A DNA stretch of 64,000 bases from an uncultured Armatimonadetes bacterium (GTDB taxonomy: Bacteria > Armatimonadota > UBA5829 > DTJY01). The stretch is from assembly GCA_963717145.1 (NCBI GenBank), contig OY970325.1, positions 5,152,001 through 5,216,000 on the forward strand, in the 5' to 3' direction. Positions 28,137-36,718 of the stretch are shown in pieces. The translations under genes and the position numbers were made by a program. The number at the start of each line of letters is the position of its first letter. Positions within the stretch are counted from its first letter, which is position 1. The notes beneath the pieces were generated by a model, which did not search any database, was not told where the DNA came from, and was given only the letters and a program-made list of their open reading frames with translations.

Positions 28137-29096
28137 CTATCGACGAGGCGAGTTCGTCCTGGGCGTCGGGTGACACCTCGGGCCGGCGGGAGTCCAGATG
28201 AGCGGGTCGATGCACATCAGGCGGGCGGTCATGGCGGGGTCCCATGCGTGGCAGACGATGATCTCCGAGCCGTCCGGGCCTTCGACGAACGAGTTGTGCC
28301 CCGGACCGATCACGCCCGGCGCTGAGCGGAGCACCCTCGCGCCGCTTCCATCATTGTCGTCCACGTATGGCCCCATCACCGAATCGGCGATGACATAATC
28401 CACGCCGTAGGTGTCATTCTTCCAGCACCCGCCGCTGTAGAAGCAGTAGTAGCGGCCGTTGTGCTTCCGAACGGCCCCGCCTTCGAGGGTATGCCAGTCG
28501 TAGACGCAGCCGTACATCGGGCGGTCGGCCATGAACCGCTGCCAGTCGTGCCTCGCGCGCATGACGACTCGCTCTTCCCCGGCGAGCTTCGTCATGCCGA
28601 TGAGCCGATCGACCGCCAATCCCGTGCCCGCCCTGAAGCCGCCGTCGGTGTCGAGGAAATCGCGGGCGTAGAAGAGATACCACTCGCCGTCGTCGTCGCG
28701 AAACGGGCTGGCGTCGATGGAGAATGGGCAGGTTGAGGGATCGATCACCGGCGTGCCGGTGTCCTCATATGGGCCCTCCGGCTTCTCACTCACGGCGACC
28801 CGGACGTGATGCCCCTTGTCGCCGTGACCGACGGAGTAGTAGAGGTAGAACCGTCCGTCCGAGTATGCAACCTCCGGCGCCCAGTAGTCGTTCCCGAGGT
28901 CGGGACTGACCGCCATCAGCGCGTAACCCAGCGACTCCCAGTTCACCAGATCGGCCGAACGGAGTAGGGGAAACCTGCTCGGCCCGGATGTGTCCTTCGC
29001 CGCCCGGCTCGTCCCGACGGCATAGTATGTTCCGTCGTGCCGCCAGGCGAACGGATCAGCGAAGTATTGATCGTAGACCGGATTGGTATGTTTCAT
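28137..29096 (-). CDS. Glycoside hydrolase family 43
   Basis: FADPF, WAPEV, SIDASPF, LEGG, GPGHNS. Confidence 0.92.
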   Translation of the reverse strand: MKHTNPVYDQYFADPFAWRHDGTYYAVGTSRAAKDTSGPSRFPLLRSADLVNWESLGYALMAVSPDLGNDYWAPEVAYSDGRFYLYYSVGHGDKGHHVRVAVSEKPEGPYEDTGTPVIDPSTCPFSIDASPFRDDDGEWYLFYARDFLDTDGGFRAGTGLAVDRLIGMTKLAGEERVVMRARHDWQRFMADRPMYGCVYDWHTLEGGAVRKHNGRYYCFYSGGCWKNDTYGVDYVIADSVMGPYVDDNDGSGARVLRSAPGVIGPGHNSFVEGPDGSEIIVCHAWDPAMTARLMCIDPLIWTPAGPRCHPTPRTNSPRR

Positions 29097-31369
29097 TCCA
29101 GCACCAACGCCACGGACGATCGCTCGCCGGCGACCGATACGGAGAACGCCCCGTCAGCCTCATTCACGGTCCCGGTGCTGATCCACTCGCCGGAGGTCGT
29201 GTCGTAGCAGCGATACTTGGCTGTCTCGGGGCCGTTCCATGTGATGGACAGCCTCATCTCTGACGGCTTCGGGGATGCAACCCACACCAGTGCGCCCTTG
29301 GAGGTACCTGTCGAGCAGGCAACCCATCCCTCCGGGACCGCGACCTTGATCTCCGAGGGAGTCCCGATCAGCTTCGCCCAAGGGACGTCTTTCACGAACT
29401 TGCCCATTCGGCCAAGATGCTGATACATCCCCTCCGAGAGATGGTGCGGGCCTCGGTAGGGCCATCGGAGGCCGCTCCCTGCGCCGCCGGACGCCAAGTG
29501 CGCCCAACTCATGTTGTGGAAGACTTTGTCATCGAGGTTCTGATCCGCGATCCAGCGGTTAATCGGGCCGTTTTCGCCGTCGATGTACGGCCGGTTGTCC
29601 TTGATCTGCGAGAGCGCATACGTGACACCTCTCCGGATCGCGAGCGCCGGGCCAATCGGCTCGTCGGGCCACATCGCTGCGTCGAGGTAGAGGTGGGTGG
29701 TGGCAAGGTCCATCCCCGGCTGCCTGTATGCCAACTCGCCCCACGCGCCGTCCGGTATCGGGTGGCCAGTGGAGATGCAGATCAGATGGTTGCGCCCCCA
29801 CTTCTGCTTCTCATACTCGCGCACGTAGTCGCCCATCTCCTTTGCCCATGCCTGCGTCTGCTCCCCGGACGCGTCCCACCACTTGTCCGCCTCGTTCAGA
29901 AGCTCCCAGGCGAAGACCGTCCCGGTGTTGCCCCACCGGTCTATCATGAACTTCAGCCGCTTCTTCTGCGCCTTGACGACCTCCGGCTTGGTGATGAACT
30001 CGGCGCGTTCTCCCACCTGGCCGCCATTCTTCGCGTTGTACGGATTCCGGTCCCAAGTATGGTTCATCCAGAAAGTGTCCCACGGGGTGATCATCAGCTT
30101 GATGTCATGCTTCCTCGCCAGGTTGACGATGTTGTCGAGAAACGCCACCTGTTCCGCGCTGAACGTGCCGACCGGGTCCTCCAGAAGGAATCCGCCGGCC
30201 GGTGACTCGAGCATCAGCCGGATGAGGTTCACGCCGCACTCATTCAGGTGCTTGAAGAACGCATCGGTGACCGTGGGATCGTACTCAGGTCGTCCGATCG
30301 CGGACTCGTATGTCGAGGGCCAGTCGGGATTGTGGTTGTAGCCCAGGGGCGTGAAGAACTTGCCGTCGGCATGCACGAAGTACTTCCCGCCGGGCGCGAC
30401 TCGGACGTAATCTTCCTTGGCGGGATTGGCCGTGGCAAGCGGCGTGGGGTTCTGTATAGACGACTGAAGAGCCTTTGACGCTGCTGCAAACCGGCCCGTT
30501 AGGTCGAGAGCCGCTTCCTTGAGGGTCGCCGACAAGGCATCGGTCGTCCGAGTAGCCTGTGCCGCCTTGAGCTTGTCCGTCCAACTGCCGATCGCCGTCC
30601 GAAGCGGAAGGTCGATCGGCGAGCACTCCTTGAACCACGGCATCCAGATGTCGATCTTGTGCCTGATGGACGCGTACTCGGCAAGCGAATCCACGTTCAG
30701 CCCGCCGGCCTTTCCAACGGCCATGCGAAGGATCGAATTGGCGAGCGGGTCTCCCTTGACGTGTTGCTGCACGTCAAGGGCCTCGATCAAATCGGATGCG
30801 GGCGACCCGTCCCTTGCCACGACCTTCACCCGGAGTCCCCAGCCGCCAAAGTGTTGATCGACCTTGAAGAGCAGGCGGTTTGCGCCGGGGTCCAACTTGA
30901 TATCGACTTGATCGGTCTGCCCCTCGACCCCTCGCGTCAGGTGGTTTGTGTGGATGAGCTTCCCGTTGAGCCAGGCCTTCACGCCGTCGTCGCTGCCGAC
31001 AAGCAGGCGGGCGTCCATCGATGACTTGCTGATCAGGGCCGCATAGGCATACCCGACCGCGGGCTCCCCCGTCTTGAAGATCGGAAGGAAGTCGAGGCCC
31101 TTCTTCGCATCTTCGACCGCCAACTGCCACTTCCCCGACGATGCCTTCTGACCTTCGACCGCCTTGATGCCGGTCTCGCCGATGTAGTCCGTCTCGAACC
31201 CCTTACAGTCCTTGAACTCCTTGTCCGCCGGATTCGGGAACGGCCCCGCCACGAGCCACCCGAGTATATCTCCATCAGGCCCGAGCCGCAGGTTCACGTT
31301 CGCGCCGAATGCATGCGTGCATATGCCCAGTGCGATGAACATGAGCGCAGTAGTTCGGAGTTGCTTCAT
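29093..31369 (-). CDS. Secreted GH5-like hydrolase with N-terminal PA14-like domain
   Basis: WLVAGPF...GSDDGVKAWLNG...NRLLFKV; FAWELLNE; YIDGENG. Confidence 0.72.
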   Translation of the reverse strand: MKQLRTTALMFIALGICTHAFGANVNLRLGPDGDILGWLVAGPFPNPADKEFKDCKGFETDYIGETGIKAVEGQKASSGKWQLAVEDAKKGLDFLPIFKTGEPAVGYAYAALISKSSMDARLLVGSDDGVKAWLNGKLIHTNHLTRGVEGQTDQVDIKLDPGANRLLFKVDQHFGGWGLRVKVVARDGSPASDLIEALDVQQHVKGDPLANSILRMAVGKAGGLNVDSLAEYASIRHKIDIWMPWFKECSPIDLPLRTAIGSWTDKLKAAQATRTTDALSATLKEAALDLTGRFAAASKALQSSIQNPTPLATANPAKEDYVRVAPGGKYFVHADGKFFTPLGYNHNPDWPSTYESAIGRPEYDPTVTDAFFKHLNECGVNLIRLMLESPAGGFLLEDPVGTFSAEQVAFLDNIVNLARKHDIKLMITPWDTFWMNHTWDRNPYNAKNGGQVGERAEFITKPEVVKAQKKRLKFMIDRWGNTGTVFAWELLNEADKWWDASGEQTQAWAKEMGDYVREYEKQKWGRNHLICISTGHPIPDGAWGELAYRQPGMDLATTHLYLDAAMWPDEPIGPALAIRRGVTYALSQIKDNRPYIDGENGPINRWIADQNLDDKVFHNMSWAHLASGGAGSGLRWPYRGPHHLSEGMYQHLGRMGKFVKDVPWAKLIGTPSEIKVAVPEGWVACSTGTSKGALVWVASPKPSEMRLSITWNGPETAKYRCYDTTSGEWISTGTVNEADGAFSVSVAGERSSVALVLE

Positions 31370-31378
31370 CTCGTCCTT

Positions 31379-32089
31379 TCAAAGCTGCAGGCGGATCATC
31401 GACAACACCTGCCGGAGATCGGTGATCACCGGGCCGTCCCAGCCATCCGCATCCGGTCGCTTCGGGATGTGGACACCGTCTGCGTCGGCCCTGATGAGGA
31501 CCGGGTGCATCCCCGCTTCTTGTGCACCGCTCAACTCGTGACTCCCGCCGTCTCCCACATAGAGGCACTGGTCCGGAGAGACTCCCAGCTTCTCGCATGC
31601 CATGATGTATGGGCGTCTGTCAGGCTTGGTGACGCCGACTTCGGGGGAGAACACCGCCTCGTGAATCAACTCGGCGAACGGCGTTTCGTGCCAGACGCGT
31701 CGGACCTCCGGCACACAGTCGGAGATGATACCCAGTCGGAATCCCGCCGACCGCAGGTGCGACAGGACTTCGATGGCTCCGTCCCTTGGATGCAGGTTTC
31801 GCCTGATGAGATCGAGGCGGATGTCCGTAGCTTTGCGTATTTGTTCGGCAGTCGCCTGTCTGCCCAGTCGCTCGCACAGATAGACGAGGCAATCCTCGTA
31901 TCGGGAGAACTCGCCTGCATAGCGCTTGCCGATGGATTGATTCCAGACTCGCCGCATCTCCTCGACTGGGATGTCGAGCACGGCGGCGATATGAAGGTGG
32001 CACTGCGCATACTCCTCGGTCGGAAGGTAATCGACCAGAGTACCGTACAAGTCGAATATGACTGCCTTGCAGGTCTGTCTGCTGTTCAC
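31379..32089 (-). CDS. HAD-superfamily hydrolase
   Basis: FDLYGTL, KPD, YVGDG. Confidence 0.9.
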   Translation of the reverse strand: MNSRQTCKAVIFDLYGTLVDYLPTEEYAQCHLHIAAVLDIPVEEMRRVWNQSIGKRYAGEFSRYEDCLVYLCERLGRQATAEQIRKATDIRLDLIRRNLHPRDGAIEVLSHLRSAGFRLGIISDCVPEVRRVWHETPFAELIHEAVFSPEVGVTKPDRRPYIMACEKLGVSPDQCLYVGDGGSHELSGAQEAGMHPVLIRADADGVHIPKRPDADGWDGPVITDLRQVLSMIRLQL

Positions 32090-32092
32090 TGC

Positions 32093-32792
32093 TCACCTGC
32101 CATCGAGAAACTCCTTGTAGATCCGATAGTGCTCCGTATCCTTATAGGATACGGGAGCGATCGGCATCCGGTCGAAGCTGTAGATCGTCGCGCCGGGGCA
32201 TGAGAGCAGGATCGGCGAATGTGTCGCGATGATGAACTGCGCGTGTCCGTCCGATGCCATATCCGTGAACATATCGAGCAGTTGGAGCTGCGTCTTCGGC
32301 GAGAGAGCGGCTTCCGGTTCGTCGAGGAAGTAGAGCCCCTTGATCTGGTAGCGCGCGGTCAGATACGACATGATCGACTGACCGTGCGACTGAGTCACCA
32401 GCGACTTCCCGCCGAAATGCTTCAGTTGCCCCGGATCGGCCGCCGCCCAGTCGTCGAGGATCTCGGCGAAATCCTGGAATACCGACGCCGAGAAGAATGA
32501 CCCCGGCACGCGTCCATCCGCCCACTCGATCGAGATGTGCTCGTGGAACTTATGCTCGTAGGGATTATGCTGAACGCGCCGCCGCCCTTCATCGCGCCAG
32601 ACATGGACTCCGCATTTGTGGACGAGCGCCTCCAGCAGCGTGGACTTCCCCGTGCCGTTCTCGCCGACGAATATCGTGACCGGCGTGTCGAACGTCAGCT
32701 TCGTCACCTGCCCGAAGATGGGCAGGTTGAACGGGTAGTGCTCCCTCGTGGGGTACTCATCCGGCTGGCAGGCTGACGCTTCTCAGATGCAT
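32093..32792 (-). CDS. AAA/ABC-like ATPase; frameshift near 32768
   Basis: GENGTGKST, SHGQS, FLDEPEAALSP, IIATHSPILL; N-terminus MHLRSVSL..EYPTREHYPFNLP spans the shift. Confidence 0.85.
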
Positions 32793-32814
32793 GCTCTTTC
32801 CTCAAACCTCTGGG

Positions 32815-33092
32815 AAACACGAATCGCACGAATGGACGAATAAAGGGAAAAGCAACTCTGTAGCCTCCGGTAGCTTGTATTCGGCTGCGGAGACTCATAC
32901 ACTCAAGTTGCCGGTACACGAATGGAGAAGCAGAAACACGAATGACACGAATGGACGAATAGCACTTGCGTGATTGGCCTCCCATTCGTGTTCAGCTACC
33001 TTGACAGCATAAGTTATCGCTCTCCAATCCAAGCTGTCGAAGACAGATAAGCCGGTTTCCCCAATATTCGTCCATTCGCCTGATTCGTGTTT
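32815..33092. repeat. Three copies of a 28-bp unit AAACACGAATnnnnCGAATGGACGAATA (two direct, one inverted)
   Basis: 32815-32842, 32934-32961 and inverted 33065-33092, plus partial copies. Confidence 0.8.
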
Positions 33093-33096
33093 CCCC

Positions 33097-34426
33097 TCAG
33101 CCGCTGTGCCGGAAGAAGTGCCAGCCGCCGATGTTCTCAGGGTTGCCGGGATCACCTTCGAGGAGATCCTTGTAGTTCTCCGCGGCCTTGCGGAAGGCGT
33201 TCGCGTACTGGTCGATGATCTGCGGCCGGTAGTGCTTGAACCACGGGATGTGGTACGTCCGCGCGCCGACCGCCTCGCTCACGGGGAGGTCGCCCTTGTA
33301 CTGGCGCAGGTCCCTCGATGAATTCGCGATCCGGGTCGGCTTGCCGTGGCCGTAGATGTCGCACTCGGTGAAGACCGGGTGCAGGTGGAGCGCGTTGTTC
33401 ACGCCGGGGCTCGTGTGGCATCCCTCGGCCCTGACCGCCTCGCAGAACCGCGTGACCGACAGCCCGCCGAGTTCCTCGCCTCATAGATCCCATGGCAGGC
33501 ATACCATCCGCCCATCGTGCAGTTCGATCCCTTCGCCGGACGATGTGCCCTCAGACCGGGGACTCCCTCCAGCCGGTCCCAGAAGTAGTTCATCGCCCGG
33601 TCGATCTCCGCCATCCGCTCGTCGTAGTGCTTCAGCTGGACTCGGCCGACTGCGGAGCTCATCTGGTGCATGCGGTACTTGTATCCGCCCAGCGGCAGCC
33701 CGATGTACGGCTGCAACTCCGGCGTCTGAATGGTCTGATTGTTCCGCTCGTAGTGACCCCAGGCGATCCCGCGCTCGTAGATCTCGAGGTCGTCCGTGGC
33801 GAGGATACCCGCCTCGCCGATGGCGAGCGACTTGCCGGTCATCAGGGACATGGCCGCCACGTCGCCGAACGTGCCGACCTTTCTCCCCTTGTAGAGCCCG
33901 CCGTGCGCGTGGGAGACGTCCTCGATCACCTTGATGCCGTGCTTCCTGGCGATCGGCATGATGGGGTCCATGTCGGCGGGGTGGCCGAGGTAGTGGACGA
34001 CGATGATCGCCTTGGTGCGGTCGGTGATCCGATGCTCGATGTCCTGCGGGTCGATGCAGAGGGTCATCGGATCGATCTCGGCGAAGACGACCGTCGCGCC
34101 GAGCGAGAAGACTGGAGCGCCGACGCCCAGTAGGTGACGCTCGGGCAGATGATCTCGTCGCCGACGCCGACTCCGCAGCCGCACATGGCGGCCTGGATCG
34201 CAGCCGTGCCGGTGCTGAATCCGAGGGCGTACTTGCGGCCCTGCCACTCGGCGAACTCCTTCTCGAACTGCAGGGTGACGTCCGTGCCGGACATCGCCCC
34301 TCGGCGGAGGACGTCGAGGACCGCCGCCTCGTCCTCCTCGGTGACGATCGGCCAGGTGAACATGTCGCCCGGATCGCTCGTCACCGCTTTCTCACCGCCC
34401 AAGATCGCCAGCTTCGATTCCGCCAT
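33097..34426 (-). CDS. DegT/DnrJ/EryC1/StrS PLP aminotransferase; frameshifts near 34110 and 33478
   Basis: LAILGG, FEKEFAEW, TGTAAI, IEDVSHAHG, SLMTGKSLAIGEAG. Confidence 0.85.
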
Positions 34427-34574
34427 CACGCACACTCCTCTGAGAGCAATATGGGACTCATGGGACTGATAGGACCTATGATTGACCCAGGGTATGTTCG
34501 CGCCACAGGGACGGCAGTCCTCCGAGTTATCGGCAGAGGGTGTTCAGGAGTCGCTGATGAGGAGAGGGAGGCGA

Positions 34575-35081
34575 TCACATAGCACGGCTGTCGTAGGCCC
34601 AATGGAGCAGCGCCTGTCGCTGTTTCCGCCGGCAGTCTTCATCGCCGGGCAGGCAGTTCCTCCTGATCTGGGCGATGTGTCTCGTCATCGCCTTCCATCG
34701 GCGGATCTGTCGCTCGTCATCCGGGCAGCGCCGGCCCATGTAGTACCGGCAGTACCACTGGAACCAGCCGCGTGGATCTTCATCGTAGATCCAGCCCTTC
34801 ATCCGCCAGTAGGAGAGCGGTTGGGAGGCGTTCACCCCGAAGTAGTTCAGCTCGGGATCGTGGAACTGGTGGCAGAGCTTCGTGTGCTCGAACCAATCCC
34901 TTGGAAACTCCTCCCGGCAGTCGGTCATGTACTTCCCGCCGAAGACACCGAGTTCCAGCGTCTCCCTGGGCGTGAGGTCGGGCTTGAAGTCGGGATGGAA
35001 GTTTGCGCCAACCGGCTCGATGAGAACGTACACATAGCCGTGCTGCATCAGGTCATTAACAACGACGGTCTCGCCCGGCAT
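34575..35081 (-). CDS. Conserved hypothetical protein
   Basis: PDLTPRE..ELGVFGGKY, DPRGWFQWYCRYYMGRR, DERQIRRW, RQALLHWAYD. Confidence 0.75.
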   Translation of the reverse strand: MPGETVVVNDLMQHGYVYVLIEPVGANFHPDFKPDLTPRETLELGVFGGKYMTDCREEFPRDWFEHTKLCHQFHDPELNYFGVNASQPLSYWRMKGWIYDEDPRGWFQWYCRYYMGRRCPDDERQIRRWKAMTRHIAQIRRNCLPGDEDCRRKQRQALLHWAYDSRAM

Positions 35082-35128
35082 GCTGAAGCCCTCCGATCAG
35101 TGATTCATACCCAGGAACAGGGGATGAT

Positions 35129-36484
35129 CTACTGGATCGGGAGGACTTCGTCGCGGGAGCAGACGAGGGCGGGTGTGCTGTCGATGATGACCGGTGTGCC
35201 GGTGGCCCGGGCGAACTGCCCGGTCGAGAGGCCGATGTGACCAGGCGCGACCACCTTGATCGAGCCGGACCCGTTGCTGATGAGGAGGCTGTCTCCATCG
35301 AGTACGGTGACCTGACCCATCACGGTGAACCGGAAGCTCGATGAGGCCGCGGGGATCAACGGCTCTGCGAGCGAGCGGCAGGTGGCATGAAGCGTGCGCA
35401 TATCGAGCGGAGTCGCATCGAGCGTGATCTCCGTGAGCACCGGGTTGCCGTTCCATCCGCGACCCGGTCCGTCGTACGGCAAGGTCGGGTCCTTCATCAG
35501 CTCGAGACGGACGCCGGTGATCCCGGTGATGCCGGTCCGAGCGGAGATCGTGTAGACGTCCGTATCGGGAAGAGTCCCACTTGCCAGGATCGAGCCGTCC
35601 GAGAGCACCGTCAAGGTCTGACCGTTGGCGGAGAGACACTCCGACGGCCTGACGACGGTCCATATTCCATCCGGGCCGACGCTTCCGCCGGTCGCCAATC
35701 CGTCTGCGAAACGCGATCGGTCGGCGGTCGTTATCGAGAGCCGGAATCGGCCGAGGACGTGGCCGGATCCATAGTTGGAGTAAAGCCTGAACTTCAGTTC
35801 CGTTCCGGTGCTTCCGCCGACGTTAGAGGCGGTTTCGAAGACGGCGGTCTCGGCCTCGCAGAACGTGGCCTCGTTCCTCGCGAGCGCCCAGCCGTTCCCG
35901 CCGGTGCTCACGCCATCGGTGGAGTAGTGGACGCTGAGATCGGCGTTAAGGGACTGAGAAAAGGTGGCGGTCGGATTGATCAGCGGGACGGATGCCGTGC
36001 CTGTCGACACCGGGTAGACTTCGAGTTCGTTCAAGCCGGTCCAATGGCTCCCGCCGACGCCTTCGAACTTCACGTAGCGGGCGGACCTGCCTGACGCATA
36101 GATGGTATGATTGAAGTCGATGCTGTCAATCAGGACACCGCGCCGGAGGTTCGTCCAGTTCACGTCATCCTTGCTGATCAGGACGTTATACTCGACCGTG
36201 TAGCCGACATAAGAGGATTGCGGGCCGTACAACAGGATCCTGTCGAGGTTGTAGAGTGCGCCAAGGTCGACTCTCATCCACAGCGGGTTGCTCGGAGATG
36301 CGTGACCCGCGGACGACCACTGCATACCCAGATCTCCGTCGACGGCATGCTCGGGCCCATACACGCTGTAGACGCTGTTGCTCGAAGTCGCCTTGCCGAG
36401 CGCGATGTTCTCCGCCATGGCAGCGGAACTCAGGATCATCAGACAGATGCAGGCGATGAGGACACTGGTCAGTGATAGTCTCAT
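35129..36484 (-). CDS. Secreted discoidin (F5/8 type C, CBM32-like) domain protein
   Basis: Signal peptide; NIALGK..SS, AVDGD, VDLG, ARYVK, ELEVY. Confidence 0.8.
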   Translation of the reverse strand: MRLSLTSVLIACICLMILSSAAMAENIALGKATSSNSVYSVYGPEHAVDGDLGMQWSSAGHASPSNPLWMRVDLGALYNLDRILLYGPQSSYVGYTVEYNVLISKDDVNWTNLRRGVLIDSIDFNHTIYASGRSARYVKFEGVGGSHWTGLNELEVYPVSTGTASVPLINPTATFSQSLNADLSVHYSTDGVSTGGNGWALARNEATFCEAETAVFETASNVGGSTGTELKFRLYSNYGSGHVLGRFRLSITTADRSRFADGLATGGSVGPDGIWTVVRPSECLSANGQTLTVLSDGSILASGTLPDTDVYTISARTGITGITGVRLELMKDPTLPYDGPGRGWNGNPVLTEITLDATPLDMRTLHATCRSLAEPLIPAASSSFRFTVMGQVTVLDGDSLLISNGSGSIKVVAPGHIGLSTGQFARATGTPVIIDSTPALVCSRDEVLPIQ

Positions 36485-36519
36485 TTGTTCTCTCCCCGTG
36501 ACACAGATGGGCTTGTAAC

Positions 36520-36548
36520 AGTGTATCACGGAATCGGCGATTGGTTAA
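36520..36548 (-). promoter_or_regulatory. Putative sigma70 promoter
   Basis: TTAACC-17 nt-TACACT with extended TG, upstream of 36484. Confidence 0.5.
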
Positions 36549-36622
36549 CTGGTAGCAATACCGGAAAACGGGGAGAATTCGAGGGAGCAAAGGAGCTGAG
36601 TGCTGGATGGTTTCGGCCCACC

Positions 36623-36652
36623 AAGAAGGGGCGGGAGTCCAACTCCCGCCCC
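36623..36652 (-). terminator. Probable intrinsic terminator after the GH106 gene
   Basis: 11-bp stem GGGGCGGGAGT/ACTCCCGCCCC followed by TTCTT on the minus strand. Confidence 0.55.
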
Positions 36653-36707
36653 AACACCCAACACCCAACACCCAATACCCAACACCCAACACCGAACACC
36701 CAATACC
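36650..36707 (-). repeat. About 8 copies of the GGGTGTT heptamer
   Basis: (CCCAACA)n with CCCAATA and CCGAACA variants on the + strand. Confidence 0.9.
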
Positions 36708-36718
36708 TGGCATCCGGC

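Noticed and set aside
32750-32792. In-frame TGA in the ATPase start as recoding or programmed frameshift
   Set aside because: One extra base explains it; no slippery site or SECIS seen; same pattern as other indels
32815-33092. 28-bp repeats as CRISPR
   Set aside because: Irregular spacing and one copy inverted
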